Positions 47,714 to 58,256 are shown, counted from the first letter of the stretch. The stretch: DNA of 64,000 nt from an uncultured Eubacteriales bacterium (GCA_902760595.1 CACWHI010000001.1:124963-188962); one strand, 5' to 3'. Numbers and translations are program-made. Notes: generated from the letters alone by a model not told the origin.

Positions 47714-50104
47714 ATGAAACTGTCAATGAATCTGCTGAAGCGTTATGCCCCGATCCCGGTTTCCCCGGCGGAATACGAGGAACGGATGATCATGACCGGC
47801 ACGGGCGTCGAGGGCATCGACGACCTGAGCGAACAGCTGGAAAACGTGGTGGTGGGCAAGGTCCTGACCTGCGTGCCCCATGAGAACAGCGATCATCTGC
47901 ATGTGTGCACCGTAGACGTCGGCGCCGGGGAACCGCTGCAGATCGTCTGCGGCGCGCCGAACGTGGCCGCGGGCCAGCTGGTCGCGGTGGCGATGATCGG
48001 CGCGAAGCTGCCGGGCGGCACCATCAAAAAAGGCAAGATGCGCGGGGTGGACAGCTACGGCATGCTCTGCTCCGGCCCGGAAATGGGTGTTCCCACCGAG
48101 CTGTATCCCAGCGTGGGCGACGCCGGGATCCTGGTTTTCCAGGAGGACTATCCGCTCGGAACGGATGTCCGTGATATCTTCGGCCTGAAAGACCACGTGA
48201 TCGACTTCGAGATCCTGGCCAACCGCCCGGATACTCTATGCGTGTGGGGCGTCGCGAGGGAGACCGCCGCGGCCATGGGCACTGAACTGAACCTGCCCAG
48301 GATAGAAGTGAAGGAAGACGCTTCCTCGAGCATCGGGGACTTTGCGAAGGTCGACGTGCTGGACAGCGACCTTTGCCCGCGCTACGCGGCCCGTGTGATC
48401 AAAAACGTCCGTATCGGGCCGAGCCCGGCCTGGCTGCGCCAGGCGCTGTACGCCGCGGGCATGCGCTCCATCAATAACATCGTGGACATCACCAACTTTG
48501 TGATGATGGAGACCGGACACCCGATGCATGCCTTCGATCTGGACAAGGTCGCTGGAAAACACATCATCGTGCGCCGCGCGAAGCCGGGTGAGATCCTGAA
48601 GACCCTGGACGGCAAGGAGCATGTGCTCAAGGGCGGCGAGCTGCTGATCTGCGACGAGAACGGTCCCACCGGCCTGGCGGGCGTCATGGGCGGTGAGGAG
48701 AGCGAGATCACCGAGGGTACGCATACCGTGCTGTTCGAGGCGGCGGCGTTTGACCGCACCAGCATCCGTCTGACCTCCCGTTCCCTGGGCTTCCGCACGG
48801 AGGCTTCCGGTCATTTTGAGCGCGGCGTATCGCCTCAGACGGTCCTCGACGGCCTGAACCGAGCGGCGCAGCTGGTCAACGAGCTGGATGCCGGCGACGT
48901 GGTCAGCGGCGTCATCGATCTGTATCCGAAGCCTGTGGTCAATCAGCCCATCGTGGCCTCTGTGGCGCGCATCAACCGCCTGAGCGGCGTGGAGCTGACC
49001 GGCGAGCGCATGGTGGAGATCCTGAAAAAGCTCTGCTTTGACGCGAAAGCCGAAGGCGATACGCTGACCGCGACCGCGCCCTGCTTCCGTCAGGATGTGG
49101 AAGGCGAAGCGGACCTCTGCGAAGAGGTGCTCCGCTACGCGGGCTATGACCTGATCCCGACGACGCCGCTGAAGGGCGCCGCGGACGGCAAGCGCAGCAC
49201 GGGTATGCTGCGCAATGACCTGATGCGCAAGCTGCTCTCCGGCATGGGCTATTACGAGACCATGACCTTCTCCTTCATCGCGCACAAGAAGCTGGAGCAG
49301 CTGGGCCTGGAGGCCGGTGACGACCGCCTGAACGCGCTGGCGCTGCGCAATCCCCTGGGCGAGGACAGCGGCTTCATGCGCACGACGCTGCTCTGCGGCG
49401 TCATGACGACGGCTCAGCTGAACCAGGCGCATGGCAATGAACACGCCCGTATTTACGAACTGGGCAAGGTATTCGACAACGTCCACCGCACGGCGGAAAA
49501 CCTGCCGAGCGAGTATTATAATCTCTGCCTGTGCGCTTATGGCGAGAGCGAAGACTTCTATTCGCTGCGCGGCTCCGTCGAGGTGCTGCTCCGGCAGACG
49601 GGAGTCGACTACACCATCGTCCCGACTGCGGAAACCTGGCTGCATCCCGGCCGTGCCGCTGCGATCGTGTCCGGCGATGAGACCATCGCGGTACTGGGCG
49701 AGATCCACCCGGCCGTAGCGGAAGCTTATGAGCTGACCGGCAGAGTCTACATCGCCGAGATCAATATCCCGAAGCTGTTCGCGGCTGCAAAACCGATGGG
49801 ATACGTGAACGGCCTGGCGCGCTTCCCGGCGGTCAGCCGTGACCTGGCGCTGGTGGTCGCCGAAACCCAGCCCGTCGGCCCGATGATGGATGCCATGCGC
49901 GAAGCGGGAGGCAAGCTGCTCGAGGATATCTCCATGTTTGATATCTTCCGCGGTCCGCAGGTGGGCCTGGGCCGCAAGTCCGTGGCCTTCTCTCTAAGGC
50001 TGCGCGCGGAGGACCATACCCTGACCGATGAAGAGATCACCCGTGTGATGAACAAGGTGCTGAAGACAGTCTCTGAGAAATTCGGCGCTGAGATCCGTGC
50101 GTAA
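47714..50104 (+). CDS. pheT: phenylalanine--tRNA ligase beta subunit
   Basis: N-terminal tRNA-binding fold (VGKVLTCVPHENSDHLHVCTVDVG) plus B3/4, B5 and FDX-ACB domains; about 797 aa. The start is at MKLSMNLLKRY. Confidence 0.9.
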   Translation: MKLSMNLLKRYAPIPVSPAEYEERMIMTGTGVEGIDDLSEQLENVVVGKVLTCVPHENSDHLHVCTVDVGAGEPLQIVCGAPNVAAGQLVAVAMIGAKLPGGTIKKGKMRGVDSYGMLCSGPEMGVPTELYPSVGDAGILVFQEDYPLGTDVRDIFGLKDHVIDFEILANRPDTLCVWGVARETAAAMGTELNLPRIEVKEDASSSIGDFAKVDVLDSDLCPRYAARVIKNVRIGPSPAWLRQALYAAGMRSINNIVDITNFVMMETGHPMHAFDLDKVAGKHIIVRRAKPGEILKTLDGKEHVLKGGELLICDENGPTGLAGVMGGEESEITEGTHTVLFEAAAFDRTSIRLTSRSLGFRTEASGHFERGVSPQTVLDGLNRAAQLVNELDAGDVVSGVIDLYPKPVVNQPIVASVARINRLSGVELTGERMVEILKKLCFDAKAEGDTLTATAPCFRQDVEGEADLCEEVLRYAGYDLIPTTPLKGAADGKRSTGMLRNDLMRKLLSGMGYYETMTFSFIAHKKLEQLGLEAGDDRLNALALRNPLGEDSGFMRTTLLCGVMTTAQLNQAHGNEHARIYELGKVFDNVHRTAENLPSEYYNLCLCAYGESEDFYSLRGSVEVLLRQTGVDYTIVPTAETWLHPGRAAAIVSGDETIAVLGEIHPAVAEAYELTGRVYIAEINIPKLFAAAKPMGYVNGLARFPAVSRDLALVVAETQPVGPMMDAMREAGGKLLEDISMFDIFRGPQVGLGRKSVAFSLRLRAEDHTLTDEEITRVMNKVLKTVSEKFGAEIRA

Positions 50105-50149
50105 TACGAAACCATACCGGAGTATCATCTGACGAAAGGAGGGAAGACC

Positions 50150-50482
50150 GTGAAAAATCATCTGATCGGCCTGCTGTTTGCGGTTGCTGTCGCATGTCTC
50201 ATGTGCCTTCCCTTTATCGTCAGCAGTGAAGAATGCGAAGTAATGCCGGAGCCTCCGCGTACGGCAGTCCATGACGACGCGATCCTCACGGCTCAGACGG
50301 CGGAAGCCAGCGTGCTGCATGTCACAAAAACAGTTGGGAAACGGCACGACCAGGGCATCACGGAGGCGGGAATGAATCTTGCTTCGGGCCCTGTCCGGGA
50401 CGCAAACGGCTTGCCGATCCTGCGCACATCCTATCTGCGTTCCAACTATCAGGCCTTCTGCCTGACGGGGAATGGCGGGTAG
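50150..50482 (+). CDS. small hypothetical secreted or membrane protein (GTG start)
   Basis: The strong RBS GAAAGGAGGG lies 7 nt before the GTG. The N-terminus LIGLLFAVAVACLMCLPFIV is hydrophobic. No known domain was recognised. Confidence 0.35.
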   Translation: MKNHLIGLLFAVAVACLMCLPFIVSSEECEVMPEPPRTAVHDDAILTAQTAEASVLHVTKTVGKRHDQGITEAGMNLASGPVRDANGLPILRTSYLRSNYQAFCLTGNGG

Positions 50483-50512
50483 CAAACAAAAGCGTGAAAG
50501 GAGCGCAAAGCA

Positions 50513-51322
50513 ATGCAGAAACATCATGCGGGACATCGGATGAACAGTATCATTCCTGTACTGGCAGCGACAATCATATTGGTGACTGTCTGCATAAAAC
50601 CGGCTGCGGCTGAGAATCCTTTCACGGTCTTTGGCAATCAGGATACGGATACCTACATTTATTATCAGATTGCTGACGCTGATGAATACAGTGAAGCGAT
50701 GGCTATGTATCATCTTGAAATGATGGTAAATGTGTTCGAGTATCGCGGACTGATATGGGGCTTTGATGATCTCGTCATTACTTATGACCCGAGAGGGTCG
50801 ATCACAGTAAGAGTCCCTGACACGGATGATTTTGACGATGTTATTGAAGTACTTGAAACCCCGTCAAGCTTCAGAATCCGTACGCCGGATAAGCAGACGG
50901 TCATTACCGGCGAACATCTCAAAAACGTGTACACGAGCATGGATTATGATTGGGACGGCGTATCAGAGAATGGATACACAGTCTGCATCGAACTGAATGC
51001 TGAAGGGACACAGCTGTTCAAAAAGTATACCGAGCGATATGTCGGGCAGATGCTGGAAGTGTATGTAGATAATCAGCTGATTCTGACGCCGACAGTAAAA
51101 TCTGTTGTTGAAGAAGGGAATACAGTGATTTCCGGCATGAATAAAGAGACTGCCGATGACATCACGAGACGGCTGCTTTCCTGTCATCTGCCATTTGAGA
51201 TCACGCGGGTACGTGTGCACAGAGCGCCGACGGTGATTGAAAAACTGCTCGGCATCGAACCGGAAGTCAACGGATATGAGCGAGAAACGCTGAAATCGTA
51301 TCTGGACGAAACACTGACATAA
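50513..51322 (+). CDS. secreted SecD/SecF periplasmic-domain-like protein (no membrane domain), low-GC gene
   Basis: Signal-like N-terminus. GYTVCIELNAEGTQLFKKYTERYVGQMLEVYVDNQLILTPTVKSVVEEGNTVISGM parallels SecD EYVVAFELDSEGTRIFSEMTQKAIGQKIGIYLDDQKIMDPTVNSAITRGEGIITGG encoded just downstream. The RBS AAAGGAG is present. GC is about 45% against about 62% in the flanking DNA. Confidence 0.55.
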   Translation: MQKHHAGHRMNSIIPVLAATIILVTVCIKPAAAENPFTVFGNQDTDTYIYYQIADADEYSEAMAMYHLEMMVNVFEYRGLIWGFDDLVITYDPRGSITVRVPDTDDFDDVIEVLETPSSFRIRTPDKQTVITGEHLKNVYTSMDYDWDGVSENGYTVCIELNAEGTQLFKKYTERYVGQMLEVYVDNQLILTPTVKSVVEEGNTVISGMNKETADDITRRLLSCHLPFEITRVRVHRAPTVIEKLLGIEPEVNGYERETLKSYLDETLT

Positions 51323-51347
51323 CAAAACGGAGAGGATGTAATCTTCT

Positions 51348-52697
51348 ATGAGCAAGAAAGTAAAGACGCGGAAACAGACGACCGCGAAAACAAAAGGGCT
51401 CATCACCTTATGCGTGATGTGCGTACTGACGATCGCACTCGGCGTGCTGTCCGTGTGCGGTATCGACCGCATCGGTCAGGACGGGCTGTACAAGATGCTG
51501 CCCTGGGTACCAACGAACGCGGCGAACTGGCCGGCGTCCATTTCCCTGGGTCTGGACCTGCGCGGCGGCGTATTTGTCGAATACTCTGCTGCCCGGCCCG
51601 AGGATACGGATGACAAAATGTTCGACTATCTGATCACCTCCACCATGGACATCATGCGCAACCGTCTGACGGAGCAGGGCTTCACCGAAGCCAACGTGAC
51701 GAAGCTGGGCGGCGACGGCATCCGTGTGGAGATCCCGGATGTGACGGACCCCAACGCGGTGCTGGAGCTGATCGGTACCCCGGCAAAGCTGGAGTTCCGC
51801 GCGCCTGACGGCACGGTGCTGACCGGCGCGAACATCAAGCGCGCCTATCCCACCACCGAATCCCAGGGCAATACCCTCGGACAGGAATACGTGGTCGCCT
51901 TTGAGCTCGACAGCGAAGGCACCCGCATCTTCAGCGAAATGACCCAGAAGGCCATCGGCCAGAAGATCGGCATCTACCTGGACGACCAGAAGATCATGGA
52001 CCCGACCGTCAACAGCGCCATTACCCGTGGCGAAGGCATCATCACCGGCGGCTTTGACGCCGAGAGCGCCAACGCCCTGGCCATCCAGATCCAGTCCGGC
52101 GCCCTTCCCCTGACCCTGACCCAGCAGAAGGTGGACACCATCTCCGCGACCCTGGGCGTCGACGCGCTGCAGACCTCTCTGACCGCCGCCGCCATCGGCA
52201 TCCTGCTGGTCATGCTGATCATGATCGTCCGCTACCGTCTCTCCGGCGTCGTGGCTTCCTGGGCGCTCGTGCTGTACATCATCATCCTGTTCTGGTTCGT
52301 GGCCATGCTGCCCGGCTTCCAGCTGACTCTGCCCGGTATCGCCGGCGTTATCCTGGGTATCGGTATGGCGGTTGACGCCAACGTCGTCATCTTCGAGCGC
52401 TTCGGTGAAGAGCTGGCCCTGGGCCGTTACACCAAGGCAGCGGCGCGCATGGGCTTCAAGAACGCCTTCAGCGCTATCCTGGACGCCAACGTGACCACCC
52501 TGATCGCGGCCATCGTGCTGATGATCTTCGGTACCGGCTCCGTCCGCGGCTTCGCCAATATGCTGGCCCTGTCCGTCGTATGCAGTATGTTCACCGCGAT
52601 CGTCATCAGCCGTATCCTGCTGATGAACATGATCAACGTGATCCCCAACAAGCCTGAACTGTTCAGCGCCAAAGCTATGAAGAAGGAGGCGCAGTAA
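51348..52697 (+). CDS. secD: protein translocase subunit SecD
   Basis: N-terminal TM, periplasmic P1 domain and a C-terminal six-TM bundle with conserved motifs (ILGIGMAVDANVVIFER). Confidence 0.85.
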   Translation: MSKKVKTRKQTTAKTKGLITLCVMCVLTIALGVLSVCGIDRIGQDGLYKMLPWVPTNAANWPASISLGLDLRGGVFVEYSAARPEDTDDKMFDYLITSTMDIMRNRLTEQGFTEANVTKLGGDGIRVEIPDVTDPNAVLELIGTPAKLEFRAPDGTVLTGANIKRAYPTTESQGNTLGQEYVVAFELDSEGTRIFSEMTQKAIGQKIGIYLDDQKIMDPTVNSAITRGEGIITGGFDAESANALAIQIQSGALPLTLTQQKVDTISATLGVDALQTSLTAAAIGILLVMLIMIVRYRLSGVVASWALVLYIIILFWFVAMLPGFQLTLPGIAGVILGIGMAVDANVVIFERFGEELALGRYTKAAARMGFKNAFSAILDANVTTLIAAIVLMIFGTGSVRGFANMLALSVVCSMFTAIVISRILLMNMINVIPNKPELFSAKAMKKEAQ

Positions 52698-52698
52698 T

Positions 52699-53628
52699 AT
52701 GAAAATGCAGAAACGCGCCAAGACGTGCTTATGTGTATCCGTCGCCCTGATGCTGATCGCCCTTGTGCTGACCATCTTCGGCCTGGGCATCAACCGCGGT
52801 ATCGACTTCGAGGGCGGCCTCTCCATCGTGTACCAGATGGGCTCTTCCTTTGAGAATGCCGACGTGGAGACCGCGCTGAAGAACGCGGGCATCAACGAGT
52901 ACCAGATCGCCAAGGCCGGCGCGGGCCAGACCGAGCTTCAGATCCGCGTCAAGGCCATCGATTCCGAAACCGGCGTGGAGGAGCTGCGCAAATCCCTCGA
53001 AGCGGAGCTTTCCGCCAAGTATCCGATCATGAAGACCAATGAAGCGACCGTTTCTTACGTGGGCGGCGTCGCGTCCGGCACGCTGCTGCGCAATGCGATC
53101 TGGTCCGTGGTCGCGGCCGCTGCCGCGATGCTGATCTACATCGCGCTTCGCTTCGACCTGAACATGGGCGTCGCGGCTGTGTTCGGCATCCTGCACGACG
53201 TGCTGATCATGCTCTCCTTCATGGTGTTCGCCCGCAGCTTCCTGCAGATGAACTCCACCTTCATCGCGGCCATGCTGACCATCGTCGGTTATTCCATCAA
53301 CAATACGATCATCATTTTCGACCGTATCCGTGAGAATCACCGCAAGGCCGTTTATGCCGCTCTGCCGCGTGAGGAGATCGTCACCATCTCTGTCAAGGAG
53401 AGCCTGGGCCGCACCATCAACACGACCCTGACGACCCTCGTGACCATCCTGGCCCTGTACATCCTGGGCGTAGCCAGTATCAAGGAATTCGCTCTGCCGA
53501 TCATCGTGGGTATCATTGCCGGTGTATACAGCGCGAACCTGATCAACGGTTACATCTGGGCGGCGCTGACCGAATGGCGCAACGAGAGGGCTGTAAAGGC
53601 CAAGGCAGCCAAGACCGCAAAAGCGTAA
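52699..53628 (+). CDS. secF: protein translocase subunit SecF
   Basis: GIDFEGG motif and the SecF TM bundle (IAGVYSANLI...); it is adjacent to secD. Confidence 0.85.
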   Translation: MKMQKRAKTCLCVSVALMLIALVLTIFGLGINRGIDFEGGLSIVYQMGSSFENADVETALKNAGINEYQIAKAGAGQTELQIRVKAIDSETGVEELRKSLEAELSAKYPIMKTNEATVSYVGGVASGTLLRNAIWSVVAAAAAMLIYIALRFDLNMGVAAVFGILHDVLIMLSFMVFARSFLQMNSTFIAAMLTIVGYSINNTIIIFDRIRENHRKAVYAALPREEIVTISVKESLGRTINTTLTTLVTILALYILGVASIKEFALPIIVGIIAGVYSANLINGYIWAALTEWRNERAVKAKAAKTAKA

Positions 53629-53641
53629 CGAACCAACCTTT

Positions 53642-53687
53642 GGGAGACCGCTCTGAAATAAAAGCGGTCTCCCTTATCTATTATTCT
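53642..53687 (+). terminator. rho-independent terminator after secF
   Basis: GGGAGACCGC-tctgaaataaaa-GCGGTCTCCC followed by a T-rich tract (TTATCTATTATTCT). Confidence 0.7.
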
Positions 53688-53703
53688 ACGATCGGGAGAA
53701 GAC

Positions 53704-56082
53704 ATGCAGAGGATCATCAGGCGCGACGCCGCGTCAGGACAGGGGACCCAGGCTGGTGGGCAGCTCCGGTATGAGGGGCTGTCCACGAGAATGTGCGCCC
53801 TTCTGCGGGCGAGAGGGATCACCACGGAAGCCGAAGCCCGCGCCTACCTGCACCCTTCTCTTGATCAGAGGCACGACCCGATGCTGCTGCACGACATGAA
53901 CAAGGCGCTCGGCATCCTGCGTCAGGCGAAGAAAGACGGAAAGCGCTTCATCGTATACGGCGATTATGACGTGGACGGCATCTGCGCGACTGCCATCATG
54001 GTCCAGACCCTGGTCCAGTTTGGTCTCAAGCCGCCTGATTATCCGACGATGTACCGGATTCCTGACCGGCATGAGGAAGGCTACGGCCTGAATGAGGAAG
54101 CCGTGCGCGACCTGATCGGCAAAACGGACCTGCTGATCACCGTGGACTGCGGCATCACCTCTGTGAAAGAAGTCGCCATTGCCCGGGAAGCCGGGATGCA
54201 GGTGATCGTGACAGACCACCACGCTCTGCCGGATGAGCTGCCTGAAGCGGATGCCCTGATAGATCCGCTCATGGCGCCTTACCCCTTCCGGGGTCTATGC
54301 GGCGCGGGCGTAGCGTATCAGCTGTGCCGCGCGCTGCTCGGCGAAGCGGCCGCGGGAGATTGCCTCGATCTGGCCGCGCTGGCCACCGTAGCCGATATGG
54401 TGCCGCTGCGGGATGAGAACCGTGCGATCGTCGCCTACGGTCTGAAAGCCATTGAGCAGACGAAACGCCCGGGCCTGCAGGCGCTGATCCGGACAGCCGG
54501 CTATCGCCCGCCTATGCGCAGCGAGCATATCGCGTTCGGCCTCGCTCCGAGAATGAACGCCTGCGGAAGGCTGAAGAGCGCGCTCATGGCCGTGCGGCTC
54601 CTGTTTGAGGAAAACGAGGAGCAGGCCGAACTGTTGGCGTTTGAAATGAACCGTCTGAACAACCTGCGCAAGGAGGAGGAACGAGCGGTCATCGAGGACG
54701 CCGAGGAACAGCTGCAGCGCATGGACCTGTGCAGCCTCAGCGCGATCGTGATCAGCGGCACGGGCTACGACAGCGGGGTCGTCGGCCTGGCCGCGGGCCG
54801 GATCGCGGAAAAATACGGCTACCCGACGGTCGTGCTGGCGGAAGGGGAAGAGCTGGCGGTCGGCTCCGCGCGCAGCGTGGCGGGCGTCGATATTTATCAG
54901 GCGCTGAAAACCTGCTCAGACCTCTTTCTGCGCTTCGGCGGGCATACGCAGGCGGCGGGAATGACGCTGCGAAAGGCGGATATCCCCGAATTCCGGCAGC
55001 GTCTGAGCGACGCGGTCCGCCTCCAGATCGGCCTGGACGGCGTGCTCATGCCAACCTGCCAGTTTGACGACACGCTCGATCTCAATGAAGTCAATGAGGA
55101 GACGGTCCGCGCCCTTGAACTGATGGAACCGTTCGGGATGGGGAATCCGACGCCCGCGTTTTATCTGGAGGATGTGGATCTCTGGTCAGCCCGGGCCGTC
55201 GGCCAGAACTGCGAGCATCTGAAATGCGAGCTGGTGCGGGACGGCGTTCGGCGCGCGGGCATCGCGTTCAGGCACGGATACCTGATGGGCCTCCAGCCCA
55301 AAACAGTCGATATCCTGTTCACGCCGACCAGAAACGAGTTCCGCGGGAACGTCACCTATGAGTGCCAGATCGCCAGGATGCTGCCGAGGCGGGTGGTCAT
55401 ATCAAAGAATGAGGTTCTGGAAGCCGCAGGTATGCTGAAAGAGCTGGCGGCGAAAACGGAGGCCGCCCGCAAGGCGGAATGCATCGAGTACGCGGGAGAG
55501 ACGGTCCCGCTGCAGGGGGCGCTTGTCTACTGCCGCTGTGCCGAAACGGCGGCGAAATGGCAGGACGAGCACCCGGAGCTTGACGTGCTGCAGGCCGGTT
55601 GTTCCGATCCGTGCGCGTACTCCGCTATCGTATACGGAGTTCCGCTGGAGCAGATCCGCGCGCCGTACAAAGCGGTCATCCTGGCGGATGGACTGCTGAC
55701 GGACGGCGAGCCTGAGAACGTGAAAACGGTCTTTCCGGGCGCCCGGGTGTACGCGTGCCCGGAAAGCGGGCCACTGAAAGATGCTTTGAGTGCTTTCGCG
55801 GTCAGCCTTGACTCGCTGAGAAGGCTGTACTCCGCACTCCGGAAAACCGTGCCGACAGCGGGCGTCACGACGCTCGCGTCGCAGACGGGGCTGGCAGTCG
55901 CCTCTGTGATGGCGGGCATTTTCATCCTGCGGGAGATTGAACTGGTCAGCTTCGATGAAAAAACCCTGGAATGGAGCATGAAGCCCATGGTGCGGCGAAG
56001 CCCCGAGAAATCGCCGCTCTATCAGCTGCTGCATGCGGGAAGGGAGGAAACAGCATGGCGCACACCGCCTACGAACCGCTGA
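53704..56082 (+). CDS. recJ: single-stranded-DNA-specific exonuclease RecJ
   Basis: DHH motifs (IVYGDYDVDGICATAIM, VIVTDHH) and a DHHA1 region (GGHTQAAG). The RBS GGGAGA is present. Confidence 0.85.
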   Translation: MQRIIRRDAASGQGTQAGGQLRYEGLSTRMCALLRARGITTEAEARAYLHPSLDQRHDPMLLHDMNKALGILRQAKKDGKRFIVYGDYDVDGICATAIMVQTLVQFGLKPPDYPTMYRIPDRHEEGYGLNEEAVRDLIGKTDLLITVDCGITSVKEVAIAREAGMQVIVTDHHALPDELPEADALIDPLMAPYPFRGLCGAGVAYQLCRALLGEAAAGDCLDLAALATVADMVPLRDENRAIVAYGLKAIEQTKRPGLQALIRTAGYRPPMRSEHIAFGLAPRMNACGRLKSALMAVRLLFEENEEQAELLAFEMNRLNNLRKEEERAVIEDAEEQLQRMDLCSLSAIVISGTGYDSGVVGLAAGRIAEKYGYPTVVLAEGEELAVGSARSVAGVDIYQALKTCSDLFLRFGGHTQAAGMTLRKADIPEFRQRLSDAVRLQIGLDGVLMPTCQFDDTLDLNEVNEETVRALELMEPFGMGNPTPAFYLEDVDLWSARAVGQNCEHLKCELVRDGVRRAGIAFRHGYLMGLQPKTVDILFTPTRNEFRGNVTYECQIARMLPRRVVISKNEVLEAAGMLKELAAKTEAARKAECIEYAGETVPLQGALVYCRCAETAAKWQDEHPELDVLQAGCSDPCAYSAIVYGVPLEQIRAPYKAVILADGLLTDGEPENVKTVFPGARVYACPESGPLKDALSAFAVSLDSLRRLYSALRKTVPTAGVTTLASQTGLAVASVMAGIFILREIELVSFDEKTLEWSMKPMVRRSPEKSPLYQLLHAGREETAWRTPPTNR

Positions 56083-58244
56083 CGATCGAACAGATCATGG
56101 CGCGTGTCGAAAAAACCTATGACCAGGCCGGCGCCGACCTGTGCAAAAAGGCGTATGATTTTGCCTGCGCCGCGCATGCCGGTCAGATCCGCAAGAGCGG
56201 GGAGCCGTACATCATCCATCCCGTATATGTTGCGAGCATCCTGACCGAGATCATGATCGATCCGCCGACCATTGCCGCCGGTTTCCTGCACGATACCGTG
56301 GAGGACTGCGAATCGGTGACGCTGGACAGCCTGAAGGAAACCTTTGGGGACGAGATCGCGCAGCTGGTGGACGGCGTGACCAAGCTGGGCCGCCTGAACT
56401 TCTCCGACCGGGAGGAGCAGCAGGCGGAATCCCTGCGCAAGATGATCCTGGCCATGAGCAAGGATATCCGCGTGGTGCTGATCAAGCTGGCGGACCGGCT
56501 CCACAACATGCTGACGCTGCGCTTTCAGCCGCCGGACAGGCAGGTCGCCATCGCGCGCGAGACGCTGGATATCTACGCGCCGCTGGCTCACCGCCTTGGC
56601 GTATACGCGATCAAGCAGGAGCTGGAAGACCTGTCCCTCAGGTACATCGATCCGGAGGGCTATCAGGAGGTCGCCAAGCGCATCGGCATGCGCCGGACCG
56701 AACGGGAAGAGAATATCGAGCTGATCAAGCACGAGCTTTCCGAAAAGCTGAAGGAAGCGCATATGCACTTCACCATTGACGGGCGGCCCAAGCACCTGTA
56801 TTCTGTATACAATAAGATGGTCATCCATAACAAACCCTTCGACCAGATCTATGACCTGATCGCCATCCGCGTGATCGTGGATACGATTCCGGAGTGCTAT
56901 ACGGTGCTGGGCATCGTGCACACGCTCTGGACGCAGGTCCCCGGACGCTTCAAGGACTATATTTCTGTTCCCAAGGCCAATATGTACCAGTCGCTCCATA
57001 CGACGGTCATGGGCGGCCGCAAGATCCCGTTTCCCTTTGAAGTGCAGATCCGCACCCGGGAGATGCACCGCGTGGCGGAATACGGCATCGCCGCGCACTG
57101 GCGCTATAAAGAGGGCGGGGGAGACAAAGCCCTGGATGAGAAGCTCTTCTGGCTCAGGCAGATCCTCGACTGGCAGTCTGAGACGCGGGACAGCCATGAG
57201 TTCATCGACGGCCTCAAGACCGACCTGTTCTCCGAGGAAGTATTCATCTTTACGCCCAAGGGCGATATCATCAATATGCAGCGCGGCGCGACCCCGCTGG
57301 ACTTTGCCTATCGCATTCACAGCCATGTAGGCAATCAGTGTGTGGGCGCCCGGGTCAACGGCAAAATGGTACCCCTCGACACGGAGCTGCAGACCGGCGA
57401 CCGCGTCGAGGTCATGACCTCGCCCAACTCCAAGGGGCCCAGCATGGACTGGCTGAAGATCGTCAAGACGCAGCAGGCCAAGGCGAAGATCCGGCAGTTC
57501 TTCAAGCATGAGCTGCACGGAGAAAACGTGACCCGCGGCCGTGAAATGCTGGAGCATGAGGCGCGCAGGCGGAATGTGAAGCTGTCCGATTATGTAAAGC
57601 CGGAATTTTACGAGCCGATCCTCCGCAAATATATGTTCAATTCCCTGGACGATCTGTACGGAGCGATCGGATACGGCGGGGTAGCCTCGGTCTATGTGCT
57701 CAGCCGCCTGATGGAAGAAAAAAACAAGCACGAAGCGCCGCAGCAGAAGAAGATCCCGCTGGTGGCGCCGGACACACCGCAGCCAAAGGCGACAGGAAAG
57801 CCTACCCAGGGCATTTATGTGCAGGGCGAACCGGATATGCTGGTCCGTTTTGCCCGATGCTGCAACCCTGTGCCTGGGGACGATATCGTCGGTTACATCA
57901 CGCGGGGGCGCGGCGTGACGGTGCATAAGGCAGATTGCGTCAACGCCCTGCACGTGGAACAGGAGCGGACGGTCAGCGTATCCTGGGCGGAGAACGAGAC
58001 CGGCGATTTCAGCGCGAGCTTCCAGCTGATCTGCTATGACCATCCGAGCCTCCTGGGCGAGATCACGGCGCACGTGGACGCGCTGAACCTGCCAATCACC
58101 GCAGTATCTGTGAAGGTCAACAAGAACAAGACCTGCTCGATCATGATGACCGTCAAGGTGCGCGGACGTACGCAGCTGGACGAGGCGCTGAAAAAGCTCC
58201 AGAACCGTTCCGATGTCATCGAAGCCTACCGCACCGCGAAATAA
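56055..58244 (+). CDS. relA: bifunctional (p)ppGpp synthetase/hydrolase RelA/SpoT
   Basis: HD hydrolase motif (IIHPVYVASIL...HDTVED), the synthetase domain (RVKHLYSVYNKM), TGS and ACT domains. The start is at MAHTAYEP after AAGGGAGG and overlaps the recJ 3' end by 28 nt. Confidence 0.9.
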   Translation: MAHTAYEPLTIEQIMARVEKTYDQAGADLCKKAYDFACAAHAGQIRKSGEPYIIHPVYVASILTEIMIDPPTIAAGFLHDTVEDCESVTLDSLKETFGDEIAQLVDGVTKLGRLNFSDREEQQAESLRKMILAMSKDIRVVLIKLADRLHNMLTLRFQPPDRQVAIARETLDIYAPLAHRLGVYAIKQELEDLSLRYIDPEGYQEVAKRIGMRRTEREENIELIKHELSEKLKEAHMHFTIDGRPKHLYSVYNKMVIHNKPFDQIYDLIAIRVIVDTIPECYTVLGIVHTLWTQVPGRFKDYISVPKANMYQSLHTTVMGGRKIPFPFEVQIRTREMHRVAEYGIAAHWRYKEGGGDKALDEKLFWLRQILDWQSETRDSHEFIDGLKTDLFSEEVFIFTPKGDIINMQRGATPLDFAYRIHSHVGNQCVGARVNGKMVPLDTELQTGDRVEVMTSPNSKGPSMDWLKIVKTQQAKAKIRQFFKHELHGENVTRGREMLEHEARRRNVKLSDYVKPEFYEPILRKYMFNSLDDLYGAIGYGGVASVYVLSRLMEEKNKHEAPQQKKIPLVAPDTPQPKATGKPTQGIYVQGEPDMLVRFARCCNPVPGDDIVGYITRGRGVTVHKADCVNALHVEQERTVSVSWAENETGDFSASFQLICYDHPSLLGEITAHVDALNLPITAVSVKVNKNKTCSIMMTVKVRGRTQLDEALKKLQNRSDVIEAYRTAK

Positions 58245-58256
58245 CGGAGAATCGTT

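Noticed and set aside
56022-58073. 683-aa minus-strand ORF
   Set aside because: It is antisense to relA
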